A stretch of 64,000 bases of DNA from an uncultured Gammaproteobacteria bacterium (GCA_963797555.1 CAWCPV010000003.1:64001-128000), one strand, 5' to 3'; positions 27,877-39,632 are shown, counted from the stretch's first letter. Numbers and translations are program-made. Notes: generated from the letters alone by a model not told the origin.

Positions 27877-29352
27877 GTGACCTTACCCTGCGGGCGAGGC
27901 GTTGCGGCTGCAGGATGGCTGGCCCTTGCACTGTGCGGCTGCACCGTCGGTCCGAACTTCGTCCGCCCGGCGCAGCCGGAAATTCAGCGCTACACGGCGA
28001 GCGAAACTCCGGCGGTGATGTCATCGGCGACGGGCGAGGTCACGCAGCGCGTCGGCGTAGGGAAGACGATCTCGGGGGAATGGTGGGACCTGTTCCGCTC
28101 GCCGGCGCTCGACGGCGTGCTGCGCCAGGCCATCGAGGGCAGCAGGACCATCGCGGCGGCGCGGGCCGCTTTGGCCGAGGCCCAGCAGAGCGTCGCCGCC
28201 GCCAGAGGAGGGTTCTTTCCCCAGGTCGACGTCGCGACCAGTGTCGAACGCCACAAAACTAGCGGCCTGCAATCGGGCAACGGTACCTCAGGTCTTCGGA
28301 ATGGCGGCGCACAAGTCTCGAGTCTCTACTCGCTCGGTCCCACCGTCAGCTATGCGCTGGACGTATTTGGCGGCACCCGGCGCGCGGTGGAACAGCAGCA
28401 GGCACTCGCCGAACGCCAGGGCTACGAGCTGGCGGCCGCCTACCTGACGCTCACAGGCAATGCCGTGACCGAGGCCATTTCCATCGCCTCGTTGCGCGCA
28501 CAGATTCAGGTGACCGAGGACGTCATCGCCGACGACGAGCAGAATCTGTCACTCGTCCGCCAGAAGTTCGAGGCGGGAAAGGCGGCCCGCACCGACCTGT
28601 TGACCGCGGAAACCCAGCTTGACAGCGACCGCACGTCGCTGCCCACGCTTCGCCAGCAGCTCAGCAGCGCGCGCCATGCGCTATCGATTCTCACCGGCCG
28701 CCCGCCGGCGCAATGGTCTCCGCCGAGCTTCGACCTCAAGGACTTCACACTGCCCGGCGACCTTCCGCTGAGCCTGCCTTCCGCACTGGTCCGCCAGCGT
28801 CCGGACATCCTGGCGGCAGAGGCCCAGCTCCACGCCGACAGCGCGGCGATAGGGGTCGCAACGGCGCAGCTTTACCCGAATGTCACGCTATCGGGTTTCC
28901 TCAGCCAGGAGGCGCATGGCGCGGACTCGCTGTTCCAGGCAGCCAGCACGATCTGGAGCATCTCTGCCGGCCTCACCGCCCCGATCTTCCACGGCGGCAC
29001 CCTGGAGGCGCAGCGCAGCGCGGCCGTCGACGCCTACGAGGCGTCGCTCGCGACCTATCAGCAGACGGTCTTGCAGGGATTTCAGCAAGTCGCCGATGCC
29101 CTCCAGTCGCTTGCCTTCGACGCCGAGCTGGTCGACGCCGAGCGTCAGGTGCTCGATGTCGCACAGGCAGATTTGGTGCTGCAGCGGATCAGTTATGCTG
29201 CGGGTAAATCGGATCTCCTGTTGCTGCTCGTCACCCAAAGAGCCTATCAGGAGGCACGTCTGGGGTACGCAAGGGCTGAGGCGCAACGCCTTCAGGACAC
29301 CGCCCAGCTTTTCGTCGCCCTCGGGGGCGGCTGGTGGAGGGCCATGCTATAG
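27877..29352 (+). CDS. Outer-membrane efflux lipoprotein (NodT/OprM family)
   Basis: LCGCTVGPNF lipobox, WWDLF, LDVFGG, RPDILAAE, ALGGGW. Confidence 0.9.
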   Translation: MTLPCGRGVAAAGWLALALCGCTVGPNFVRPAQPEIQRYTASETPAVMSSATGEVTQRVGVGKTISGEWWDLFRSPALDGVLRQAIEGSRTIAAARAALAEAQQSVAAARGGFFPQVDVATSVERHKTSGLQSGNGTSGLRNGGAQVSSLYSLGPTVSYALDVFGGTRRAVEQQQALAERQGYELAAAYLTLTGNAVTEAISIASLRAQIQVTEDVIADDEQNLSLVRQKFEAGKAARTDLLTAETQLDSDRTSLPTLRQQLSSARHALSILTGRPPAQWSPPSFDLKDFTLPGDLPLSLPSALVRQRPDILAAEAQLHADSAAIGVATAQLYPNVTLSGFLSQEAHGADSLFQAASTIWSISAGLTAPIFHGGTLEAQRSAAVDAYEASLATYQQTVLQGFQQVADALQSLAFDAELVDAERQVLDVAQADLVLQRISYAAGKSDLLLLLVTQRAYQEARLGYARAEAQRLQDTAQLFVALGGGWWRAML

Positions 29353-29429
29353 TTTTTTGGCGCCAACACTCACATCGGGCGGAATTCCCAGTGCGTCCAC
29401 GAGCGACGGCTTCAGCGCGGGCTCTCGGC

Positions 29430-29479
29430 CGCCGCGCAACGCCGCTATCGGGGCGCGCAGCAGATTTATTCACAAGCTC
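29430..29479 (+). repeat. Right end of the MITE-like repeat, abutting a stop codon
   Basis: gcgcaacgccgctatcggggcgcgcagcagatttattcacaagctc-tca closely matches 31077-31126. Confidence 0.85.
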
Positions 29480-30836
29480 TCAGTAGCCTCGGGCGGCGAT
29501 CCCCACGATCTCCGTCAGGGTGGGATAGGCGGGAAACACGGCGGCCAAGCCATCCAGCTTCATCTCGGCCGCAATGGCTACGGCAACTGAACCCAAGATC
29601 TCCGCCGCCCGATCGCCGACGGCCGCGGCCCCGACGATGCGGCCATCTCGCGCCCCAACGCAGAGCTTGATGAAGCCGGTGACATCCGCCGACAGGCGCG
29701 GCTTGAGTGCGTTGCGATAGTCCGCGCGATAGACCCGGACGGGTCGGCCGGCCGCGGCGGCGCCGGCCTCAGTCAGTCCGACCTGAGCGACCTGGGGGTG
29801 GGTATAGACCGCCTCGATGACTGTCTCCGGGCGGAACGCGGCCTGGGCGGCCCCCACGGCGTGGCGGGCGGCGACACGCGCCTGGGTCTGGCCGCGGTTG
29901 GCCACATAGGGCGGCCCTGCCGCGTCCCCGGCGGCGTAGATGTGGGGCTGACTGGTGCGGCACAGATCGTCCACTTCGATTCCCTGCGCGGAGAAACCCA
30001 CGCCGGCGGTCTCCAGCGCCAAACCGGCCACGTCGGCCCGCCGTCCGACGGCGATGAATGCGTGAGTGCCCGAAAGCGTGCGTCCGTCCTGCAAGCCGAC
30101 GGCGACGCCGCTGCCCTCTGCACGCACCGCTACGACCGGCGCGGACTTGACGATGGTCACCCCGCGCGCCTGCATGGCCTGCTCGAGCCTCTGCCGAGAC
30201 ATCGGGATCGGCGCGCGGTAGCAGCGCCGGCAAGTCCGTCACCCAGGTGACGGCGCGTCCCATGGCGTTGAAGAAATAGGCGAACTCCGCGCCCGTGACG
30301 CCACCGCCAATGACGATCATGTGTTCCGGCCACTCCGCCAGCTTGCCCGCAAGGCGTGGTGCCAGGATGCGCTGGCCGTCAGGTTTGATCTGCGCGGAGA
30401 AGACCGGCTCCGAGCCGCTGGCCACGATGGCCCGGTCAAAGGTCAAGACCTCCGGTGCTGCGCCCTCGGAATCGACCTGCAGGCGACTGCCACCGATGAA
30501 ACGCGCCCGTCCACGCAGCACGGTCACTCCGTGCCCGCGTAGCAGCGCCTGGTGATGCTCGCTCCACGCCCGCGCTATGTCCGAGATGCGGTTGCGCAGC
30601 GCCGGCAGGTCCGCCTCGGGAGCCGCGCCGCGCAGCCCCAGGGCCGAAAAGTGTCGCGCCTCTCCGAGGTGGTCGGCCGCGGTGAGGTACACCTTGCTCG
30701 GAACCAGGCTATGCCAGTTGGCGCGGCCCCCAACGGGCTCGGCCGACACCAGGCTCACTTCAGCGCCCAGTGCCGATGCCTCGAGTGCCGCCGTGATCCC
30801 GGCCGGTCCGCCCCCGATGACAATCAGACGGGTCAT
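29480..30836 (-). CDS. Flavoprotein disulfide reductase-like protein (LpdA/SthA-like); frameshift near 30200
   Basis: VIGGGPAG, VPSK, IGGGVTGAE, IYAAGD, YPTLTE. Split between ORFs 29769-30836 and 29480-30202. Confidence 0.85.
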
Positions 30837-30982
30837 GTGCGCTGCATCGCCTCTTCGAGCTTGGGAACGGCCGACTCTAGCCGCTCAGGGTGCGCCGCTC
30901 CAGCCCTGTTGCAGGGACTGGGCGCCGGGGCGAACGGTGTGCGGTGCTCCGGGGCATGAGCCGCCCACGCTGAGCATACTCA

Positions 30983-31123
30983 GAGCTTGTGAAGAAATCG
31001 TCGCGAGCGGCCCGAGAGCAAGGCGCACGGAGCGCAGCGACGAGACATATCAAGTAGATAGGCGAGGAGCGAGCACCGCACAACGCCGCTACCGGGACGC
31101 GCAGCAGATTTATTCACAAGCTC
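30983..31123 (+). mobile_element. 141-bp MITE-like element with terminal inverted repeats and TCA target duplication
   Basis: TCA|GAGCTTGTGAAGAAAT ... ATTTATTCACAAGCTC|TCA; TIRs match at 15 of 16 positions. Confidence 0.85.
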
Positions 31124-31813
31124 TCAGTACTCGAAGGCGTTTGGTGTCTCCACCTTGCGAGTCCGCTGTTCGACGAGTGCCACGGCGCGCTCGGCCTCGT
31201 CGATCTTGGCCTTGCCCCATTTCTTCGGCGGATCCGGTGGAGTCTGAGCGGATCGGACCGTGGTGCCGAACCCGGGCTCGGTGATCTCGACGCGTCCGGC
31301 GGCGTTCTCCACGAATATGCCCCGGCCCGCGAAGACGGCTACGTCCAGGGCGTCGGAGAAGTGAAAGCCACCCCAGAAATCCGTTCCACGCACCCCGAGT
31401 GTTGCCACCACGGTGCCGACCGTGAGCTCGGGGTGTGCTTGTTTCCCCAACAGGCCGGTGACCGCGCGGAAAACGCCCTTGAGCAACTCCAGCGCTGCCT
31501 TTCCCTCGTGTGTCGCCGTGGAATACTCGTATGCCTTGAAGCCGAAGTCCGTGTTATCCCCCAGGGTAATCGTCGTGCCGTCGGTGAGCGTCACCACCAC
31601 GCGGGAATCCTTTCCGGTCACAATGCGGTCGCCCGCCTGAACCGTCGTTCCGACGGCCATCGGTCCGGAAGATGCGGCATGGCGGAGCGTCGCCTCTCCC
31701 CTGAGGTAGGTCACGCGCCCCGCCTCCAACTCCGCCCCGGCCGCGGACATGGCCCACAGCAATAGCCAACAGGCCACTGTGCTCTGCTTCGCCACCGTCC
31801 CAAGCGTGCACAT
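31124..31813 (-). CDS. Exported FecR-domain protein
   Basis: Signal peptide, GDRIVTGKDSRV..TDGT, ATLGVRGTDFW. Confidence 0.85.
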   Translation of the reverse strand: MCTLGTVAKQSTVACWLLLWAMSAAGAELEAGRVTYLRGEATLRHAASSGPMAVGTTVQAGDRIVTGKDSRVVVTLTDGTTITLGDNTDFGFKAYEYSTATHEGKAALELLKGVFRAVTGLLGKQAHPELTVGTVVATLGVRGTDFWGGFHFSDALDVAVFAGRGIFVENAAGRVEITEPGFGTTVRSAQTPPDPPKKWGKAKIDEAERAVALVEQRTRKVETPNAFEY

Positions 31814-32223
31814 GCCGTGAGCTCCCGAGCGGGTTCTCGGTTCGGCTCGGCCCTGCGCCGAAGGCCTTCGCGTCTCCGTCCGCGCATTGTACAGAATGAC
31901 GGGGTGCTGCGCAGAGGGGGCCTCCGCGGCATGGAGCGGAGGCGAAGGGATCCTGCCGGCGGGGCCATCAGCAGGCCCATGCCGCTGCCTTCAGACGCGG
32001 ACCGCGGAGCGGAGGCCGACACGCAGTTTGGGCTCTGGGTGCGCGTTTTCGCTCATTGCACGTATCGACCGCGGCGTGCTAAAAGGCCAGAATGCGGATG
32101 TCGAGCGTTGGAGGCGGCTAAGGAAGGTGGGCAAAGCTTGACCCGAGCCGCGCTGGTCCGTGCACGGCCGCCGGGGTCCATCTCTAGCCATTGCAGTGTG
32201 TTCCAGGATTGGGAGGCTTTCTT

Positions 32224-32784
32224 ATGAACAACGCGTGTCGTCTTGTCATCGGTAGCGTCATGCTTGCCGTTGCAACCCACTGTCTGGCCGCGGACGACAA
32301 GGACACCTACAGCCAACAGAATATCTTGCAGGCGATCAACGACTTTTTCGGCAAGACCACGGAGGGGCTCGCCAAGGTCGTGGAGAAGGCTTTCCAGGAA
32401 CAGGGGCGCCCCGATGCCTATATCAAGGGTGAGGACATCGGGGTCGCCATCACCGTAGGTGTACGTTACGGCGACGGCGAGCTTCACATGAAGCGCGGCG
32501 GCGCCCGCAAGCTGTATTGGCAGGGTCCTTCCATCGGACTGGACTTGGGAGTCGCCGCATCCAAGGTTTTTATCCTCATCTATCACCTTCCGCGGGTCGA
32601 TGCCATCTTTCAGCGTTTCCCCGGAGTAGACGGCAGCCTGTTCTATGTCGGCGGTGTGGGCATGACCTATCTGCGAAGCAGAGGTGTCACGCTGGCGCCG
32701 ATCAGGCTGGGGGCGGGCCTGCGCATCGGCGCCAGCGTAGGGTACATGGACTTTACGCGCACGAAGTCGTGGAACCCATTTTGA
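32224..32784 (+). CDS. DUF1134 (EipA-like) exported protein
   Basis: GRPDAYIKGE, GVRYGDG, YWQGPSIG, LAPIRLGAGLRIGASVGY, WNPF. Confidence 0.85.
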   Translation: MNNACRLVIGSVMLAVATHCLAADDKDTYSQQNILQAINDFFGKTTEGLAKVVEKAFQEQGRPDAYIKGEDIGVAITVGVRYGDGELHMKRGGARKLYWQGPSIGLDLGVAASKVFILIYHLPRVDAIFQRFPGVDGSLFYVGGVGMTYLRSRGVTLAPIRLGAGLRIGASVGYMDFTRTKSWNPF

Positions 32785-32906
32785 AGCGGCGTTCTGCACA
32801 CGACTGACCCGCATCCGGCCGCGGCCGACAGCCCGACGCTCGGCAGCCGACGGGAGAGCGGGGTGCGCCGGCGGCGTCCTGGCGGCAGCCCCGGGCGCGT
32901 TGCGGC

Positions 32907-33722
32907 TCAGGGTACATGCACCTGCGCCATCTCATTCAGTATGGTGCGGGTGCGCTCGGCAAGATAGGTAGAATCGAGATGTCGTTCGTAATATCGCGGA
33001 TTGGGGAGCATGACTGCCAGACGAGCCGCCTGCCAGGGCGTCAGGTCGGCGGCATTCGTCCGAAAGTAATGGCCCGCGGCCGCCTCTGCCCCGAACAGGA
33101 GGTCGCCCCACTCGACGACGTTCAGGTAGATCTCCAGGATCCGTCGCTTGGACAAGGCCGCCTCCAGCATGATCGTCGCGAGGGCTTCCTGAGCCTTCCG
33201 CCAAATCGAACGCTTTGCGCTCAGGAACAGGTTCTTGGCAAGCTGCTGGGTAATGGTCGAGCCGCCGGCGACGATGCGGCCTCGCCGCACATTTTTTTCC
33301 AGGGCGGTATGGATGCCTTCCCAGTCGAAGCCGGAGTGCCGCAGGAAGCCGCTGTCTTCACTCGCCACCACCGCCCTCTTCAGGTGGATCGAGATGTGCG
33401 AGTATGCAACCCACTGGCGTTGCACGGTTGCCGCGGGCCGGGCGGCGCGCGCCTCCCGCGTGCGCTCATCCATGAATGCCGTCAGCGTCGGGTTGTGACC
33501 CGCCCACCAGAGCGCGTGACCGAGCACGAGCAGCTCATATCCGAGAAGGGCCCCCAGGAAGAGCAGCAGCGCCAAGCGCGCCCACGTCCGTGCGACGCGG
33601 CGTCTACCGCGCAGGGCTCGATGGCGTCGCCGCGGGGCAGAGATGTCTCTCCGCCTTGCAGAAGATCGTGATTCGCGCAGCGTGCTCGCCTCTGCGTTCG
33701 GGCCGTCGACGACGGCCAGCAT
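32907..33722 (-). CDS. mtgA: Monofunctional peptidoglycan transglycosylase (true start probably ~33590-33600)
   Basis: ASEDSGF..HSGFD, GGSTITQQLAKNLFL, RKAQE, KRRILEIYLNVVEWG. Confidence 0.92.
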   Translation of the reverse strand: MLAVVDGPNAEASTLRESRSSARRRDISAPRRRHRALRGRRRVARTWARLALLLFLGALLGYELLVLGHALWWAGHNPTLTAFMDERTREARAARPAATVQRQWVAYSHISIHLKRAVVASEDSGFLRHSGFDWEGIHTALEKNVRRGRIVAGGSTITQQLAKNLFLSAKRSIWRKAQEALATIMLEAALSKRRILEIYLNVVEWGDLLFGAEAAAGHYFRTNAADLTPWQAARLAVMLPNPRYYERHLDSTYLAERTRTILNEMAQVHVP

Positions 33723-33876
33723 ACCTCTGCGCCAGTCGGTGCCCGCCTGTCCAGGCTTCCGTCTCTAAAGACCTACACGGTCGACGATGGGTTGGATCTG
33801 GTCGCGGCCCAATCGCCGCGGGCGGAGCGACTGGAAGGGAGCGGGCTGCGTAGCGCGCGTCGCGCCGTCATGAGGC

Positions 33877-35589
33877 TCAGGCGGCCGGCGCCGGCAGCGC
33901 CTGCGGGCTGGTCAGCTCCAATGCTTTGTCCTGTTGGCGGCGCATCCATTCCGAGACCTTCTGGTCGCTCACCCCGTGCTCTTTCAGGACGGCTGCAGCC
34001 AGGTCGAGGCCCTTGGGAAAGCTGCGGGTGACTATCGCGCGCATGCCGAGGGCATCGAAGCGCGCCTTCTCCGCGTCGTTCTCGACGGAGACGAAACGAG
34101 TCAGGCGAGGGTAGCGTTCCCGCAGGATGGGCGTCAGCTCGCGGGACAGCTCGTAGCGGGCGATGGTCACCACGACGGTGCTGCGCTCGGCAATCTGCAA
34201 CGTCTCCACGAGGCGCAAATCCCCCAGGTCCCCGAACGCGACCCGATAGCCGTCCGCGTTGGCTCTGATGAAACGCTCGTGCTCCATCTCCACCGCCGTG
34301 TAGGGAATGCCGTGGGATTCCAAGCCGTCGGCGACGCGCCGCCCCACCTCCCCCATGCCGAAGATGACCACTGGCGGCACCTCGCTCGGGCGGGGCGCTT
34401 CAGCGGCCCGGGACACCGCGAGCTCCCGGCTGGCGAGCCAGGTTCCGATGCGGTACCCCAGAGCTGCAAGGGGCGGCGTCAATGCCAGACTGGCCGCCAC
34501 GGTCGTCATGAGGATCGCGGAAAGCTCGTGCCCCAAGACGCCGGTGAGCGCGGGCATGCCGAAGATCACGAAGGCGAACTCGCTGCCCTGGGACAGCAGG
34601 AAACCGAGCTGCACCGCAGCCCGACGGGACATCCCCAACACCCGCGCGGTGATGAACACCAGCACCACCTTGGACGCGATGAGCAAGGCGAGGAGGAGCA
34701 GGACTTGTGCCCACTCCCGCCGCAGGGTCTCGATGTCCAGGGACATCCCCACGGTGATGAAAAAGAAGCCGAGGAGCAGACCCCGGAACGGCTTGACTTC
34801 GGTGCGGATCACGTGCCGGTACGGGGTCTCGGAGATGATCATGCCCCCCAGGAAAGCCCCGAGGGTCAGGGACAGGCCCATGAGTCCCGTCGCGGTGGAC
34901 GCCAGCAGCACGATGAGCAGGGCGGTCGCCGTGAAGACCTCTTCGTTCCGCGACTTGGACAGGGCGTGGAACACGGGTCCGATGAAGAACCGACCCAGCG
35001 CGACCGCGACGACGAAGGCTGCCGCGGCGTGCACCGCGGCGGAGGCGACCGCCATGCCCAGGCCCGCCCCGACGCCTTGCAGGGACGCGGCGAGGATCAG
35101 CAGAAAGATGGCGCAGATGTCCTGGAAGATCAGCACTGCGGTCGCGGTCACCCCGATGGGACAGCTCTGCTGCCCGTAGTCCCCCAGCGTCTGCACTGCC
35201 ACTGCCGTCGAGGATAGAGCCAACGTCGCTCCGAGGACGATGGCCACGGGCGGGGTGAAATGCATTGTCAGGGCGAGTAACGCGAATACCCCGCCGCAGA
35301 GGCCCACCTGCAACGGACCCAGGCCCAGAATGTCGCGCCGCGCATCCCAGAGGTGGCCCAGGGAGAAGTGCACGCCGATGTCGAACAGCAGGAACACCAC
35401 ACCCAGCTCCGCCAGCAACTGTGTGGTCTGACTCTCCTGGACGACGCTCAGTCCGTGGGGGCCGATGGCGACGCCTGCGATCAGGTAGCCGACGATCGGG
35501 CTCAGGCGCGCGGGCCGCGTCAGCAGGATGGCGAGAATCCCCACGACCAGAAGGATGATCGCCGGGGCGAGAGCCTGAACCTTGTCCAT
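33877..35589 (-). CDS. CPA2 cation:proton antiporter with TrkA-N-like domain (Kef-type)
   Basis: Many TM segments, LAELGVVFLLF, ALSSTAV, PFRGLLLGFFF, GMGEVG. Confidence 0.9.
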   Translation of the reverse strand: MDKVQALAPAIILLVVGILAILLTRPARLSPIVGYLIAGVAIGPHGLSVVQESQTTQLLAELGVVFLLFDIGVHFSLGHLWDARRDILGLGPLQVGLCGGVFALLALTMHFTPPVAIVLGATLALSSTAVAVQTLGDYGQQSCPIGVTATAVLIFQDICAIFLLILAASLQGVGAGLGMAVASAAVHAAAAFVVAVALGRFFIGPVFHALSKSRNEEVFTATALLIVLLASTATGLMGLSLTLGAFLGGMIISETPYRHVIRTEVKPFRGLLLGFFFITVGMSLDIETLRREWAQVLLLLALLIASKVVLVFITARVLGMSRRAAVQLGFLLSQGSEFAFVIFGMPALTGVLGHELSAILMTTVAASLALTPPLAALGYRIGTWLASRELAVSRAAEAPRPSEVPPVVIFGMGEVGRRVADGLESHGIPYTAVEMEHERFIRANADGYRVAFGDLGDLRLVETLQIAERSTVVVTIARYELSRELTPILRERYPRLTRFVSVENDAEKARFDALGMRAIVTRSFPKGLDLAAAVLKEHGVSDQKVSEWMRRQQDKALELTSPQALPAPAA

Positions 35590-35892
35590 GTCAGTTGCCG
35601 GTGAGACGGTGTGCCTGTGGGGAAGCCTATTGTGCCGCCGCCGCTGGAAAATGTCCCGAGCCGGCCGGTCGACGCCGCCATGCCTCGGGGGGTGAGGCGG
35701 TACGAACCCCGGTTCGTTCTCGCCTACCGTGTCCCTGTCTGAGCTTCGCAGCGCCCGAACCGGTCCACCACGCGCGACTCGGTACCTGACCCGGCTAGGC
35801 TCTCCCCGACGGGCGGCCCCTCGCAGGCTGCTGACCCTCGCGCGCTTGCAAGGCCGAATCGAGCCTGAGCGTGAGCGAATCGGCTGCCTGCG

Positions 35893-38665
35893 TTAGACCG
35901 TCTCGATCCGCACGGTTTCCGCGAGACCGAGTTCCTGCAAGATCTGCCGAAGCTCGGCCGCGAGACTTCCTGCGCTGTCGGCGTTGACCGTCACCGAGAA
36001 CTCCAGCCCAATCTTCAGCTCGGAGCCCGACCGCAGCTTCGGAAGGATCTTCGTCCCGAGGCGATTCCAGACCTCCGGAGGCACCGTGCCCGCGAGACGC
36101 AGCGTCTTCGTGTCGGCGACAGGCTGCGGTGGCGGCTCACGCGACCGCGGAGTCAGGTCTTCCGGGCCGCGGTTGGGGCTCGGGCTCCGGTACGCGGCTC
36201 GGGCGGAGCACCCGTCTTGAGCGCTTCCGCCGTCCCCTTCCTCAGCAGGAACACACCGGCCTCGAAGGCGACCTCGTCGGGCGCCACCGGCTCCTGCGAA
36301 CCAGACCCGCTCGTAGCTCCCGTCGGCCTTCGCGCCCGACGCCAGGCCGAAGTCGCCCCGGCTCACGAACTCGACGATCTTGCTCTTCAGGATCGCGTCG
36401 GGATCGACGAGGCGCGTGAGCGAGCCGTTGAGGAAGCTCTGCCGCAGGCTCGCGAGCGGCCACGCCCCGGAATCCTTGAGCGCCGGCGGCCAGTTGCGCT
36501 CGATGTAGCCGGCGCCGACGGACTCGTTGAGCAGCGCCTCGGACTTGAGCGCAGCGATGACCCGGCCGCACAGGGTCTCGCCGCTCGAGGAGTGCCCCGC
36601 GCCGAGGTCGATCACCTTGAGCCCGTCGGCTTCCTGGCCGTCGGCGACGACCGCGAAGCGGTAGTCGCCCCAGACCTCGTCCTTCGCCGCCTCCTCGGCG
36701 TCCTTGACCTTGGACTGGAGCTCCGCCCGGTCGCTCTTGTCGAACTCGCCGCCGAGCGTGCCCTCGGCGACCTCGCGCGCCACGCGCTTCCACGCGAGCA
36801 TCAGCTCGACCTTCTCGCGCAGGTCGCGCCCCGGCTTCTTGAGGCACCAGACGAGCGCGCCCGGATAGAGCCGCGGCGACTTGCCCGCGGCTGCGGGTCC
36901 ACTCGGCGAGCTGCGCGCGCAGCGCAGCCGCCGCCCGACCACTCCACCTCCGGATCGGCCGACGACGAGCGTGAGCCTGGGCGTGTCCGGAATCTCCGCG
37001 CCGTCGCGCGGGAACGGCACGACGGGGATGCTCGCGCCGCGCCGGAACTCGTCCTCGACGAGCTTGCGCATGGCGGGCTTGACCTCGGTCTCCTCGTCGA
37101 GCGACGCGCGCCGGTCGCTCACCACCTTCTTCATCGTCGGCTGGTAGCCGATCCGGAAGCCGTCCGAGCCCGCCTTGCGCACGAAGTAGGAGCGGTCCTC
37201 GAGCGCGAACGCGGCGTTGTCGATGGACGTCGTGTCCAGCTCCGGCTCGCCGAGCGCGAAGCGCAGCTCGGGCAGGTGCGCGACCTTGTCGGTCTGCCCG
37301 CCCGACGACTCGAACAGGATCGCGGTGCCGACGCGCCGGTGGATGTCGCGCAGCGGCCCCTTGGTGTCGGCGTCGAGCGCCTTGCTGTGCGCCTGCTCGC
37401 CGGCGATGTCGGTGTCGATCGCCGCGACGAGGCGCGACTCGCCGAGCTGGCCGAGCACCACGCTGCGGAAGCCGGGCTCCGCCGAGCGGCGCCGAGCCCG
37501 AGCGTGATCAGCGGCTCGGTGCGCGCCTTGCGGAAAGCGTCCTGCGCGGCGATCGAGATCCACTGCGCCAGCATCGCCAGCGTGCCGCGCGTCTGCTGGT
37601 ACTGCGGCAGCGCCTGCCACTTGCGCTGGAAGACCGAGAGCGTCGCCGGATGGAACGGATAGCAGGCCTCGAAGCGGCGCTGCAGGAACTCGCGCGCCTT
37701 GGCCTCGGTCGCGGCCGAGTCCACCGCCGTCCACTCGGGCGGGAGCTGCGCGCGCCGCTCGAAGCACCAGTCGCCGAAGGCCTTGGCGACGTTCTTGCGG
37801 ATCTTCTCGCTGCCGAGGTCCTCGAAGAGCCGCCGCCGGACGACCTCGCTGATCTCGGTCTCGTCGTTGGCGATCAGGTCCTTGGCGACGCGCCGCACCA
37901 CCTTCGAGATCTTGTCCTGCCACTCCTGATCCCACTCGGTCATCTCGACCTGGCTGCGCGGCAGGCTGATCACCGCACGCGCCGTGCGTGGTGCCGGTGG
38001 TGGCGACGGTCAGGTTCTGGATGAAGGCGTGGAAGGACTCGGCGCTCGCCGCGGTGGCGGTTCAGGAAGTTCAGCACCTCGTCGAAGAGCAGGAGCACCG
38101 GCGCGCCCGCCGCCTGCGAAGACGCGCGCGATCGCCTCGGTGCCGGGCGGCGTGGTCTTCGCCGCCGGGCCGAGCGCCTCGACGCCCTTGTCGCCCGCGA
38201 GCTGGCGGGCGATGTCGATCCACGGCGTCTCGCGCCCCGCGCTGCGGGTCCCAGGCATTGCCCACGAACACGGCAACCTTGCGCCTTCGGCACTGACGGC
38301 GACGCCCGCCTCCCGCACCAGATCGGCCACGCCCGGTGTAGCCGGCCGCCGCTTCGCCGTTCGTCGCCAGGTGGTAGAGCGTGGTCAGCGTGTGCGTCTT
38401 GCCGCCGCCGAACTGGGTGATGAGCGTGAGCACCGGCGCGGTGTTCTCGGTCTTGCCCGAGAGCCGGCGCAGCACCATGCCCGCGTGCTCGCGCAGCGCC
38501 CGCGTGAAGCAGGTGCGCGCGAAGAACTGGTCGGGCTTCGCGGTAGTCCTCGGGCGCCGTCCCGGCGACGACCTGCTCGAGGGCGATGGCGAACTCGTCC
38601 GGATTGAACGAGCGGCCTTCGCGGACTTCCTTGCGCGGCGTCGCGACCTTGTACCAGGGCTCCAT
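35893..38665 (-). CDS. DUF499-family AAA+ ATPase (several frameshifts)
   Basis: MEPWYKVATPR..NPDEFA, TQFGGGKTHTL (Walker A), LLLFDEV (Walker B), YPFHP, YQQTRGTL. Spread over 4 or more frames. Confidence 0.85.
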
Positions 38666-38677
38666 TCAGCGATCCTC

Positions 38678-39630
38678 CTAGGGTCTCTGCATCCGCGCGA
38701 ACAGCGCCGCCGCCGGGCGCTTCAGCCGCGCGAGGTTCGCGTAGGCCACAGGCTCGAAGCCGCGACTGCCGGCGTACATCCGGTAGCGGATACCGTCGGT
38801 GACGATCACGTCGCGAGGCACGCCGAGCGCCTCCACGTACCCCTTGGCCTGCTCGAGCGCGCCTTCGACGCCCGCGCCCAGGCGCTTCGCCTCGATCACG
38901 AGGTGGCAGTTCTCCGGCGTGCGCGGCAGCGCCCGAAACACCGCCACGTCGATGCGCCGCCACTGAACGGCGATCCGCTCCGGCGGCCAGCCAAGCGCGC
39001 GCAGGAACGGCACCACGAAGTGGGCGATCAGCTCGTCCTCGCTCGGTGCCTCACCGAAGGCCTGCCGGTCCTGAAGCAGCGGCACGAGATCGGCCGCCTG
39101 CGGCGACCAAACCCTGCGAGGACGCCGGGCACCTCGTCGAGCGCCGGCTCTTCGGCTGGAAGCTCAGGCAGCGGGGCTGTCTGCCAGTGAGTCGGTGGCG
39201 ACTTGAGAAACCGCTCCGCGAAGTCCACGCACTTCCTCGTTCCACACCCGCGAGCAGCGCGGCGGGTTGGCGCCGAAGACCGCGCTCGCGAAGGCATGCT
39301 CCTCCGGAAGTCGGCACCACCGCACCCGTCGGGCGTGCTGCAGGTCCCAGCCGTTCACGTCGTCGAAGGCGTTCACGTACTGGTAGTCGCTCGCCACGAG
39401 GCCCACCGCGGCGATCGTCGCGATCCGCGTGCGCAGCAGGACTACGTCTCCAGTCGCGACCTCGCTCGCGAAGCGCCGCACGAAACCGCCCTCGAACTCG
39501 TCGTCGTCGCGCTCGGGCGTCCACGGTCCGGCGTCGCCCGGGCCGATCAGCGCGACGCCGTGCTTCAGCAATACGTCCGCGTAAGCCCGAGACACCGGAC
39601 CGGCCGAGATCTGCCACACCGGGCTGTTTA
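38678..39630 (-). CDS. Putative reader (PUA/EVE-like) + HsdR-N-like PD-(D/E)XK nuclease fusion; frameshift near 39100-39165
   Basis: N-half: WQISAG..ALIGPG..FASEVATGDVVLLR..AVGLVASDY. C-half: SEDELIAHFVVPFLRALGW, RIDVAVF, LVIEAKR, EQAKGY, VTDGIRY. Confidence 0.65.
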
Positions 39631-39632
39631 TC

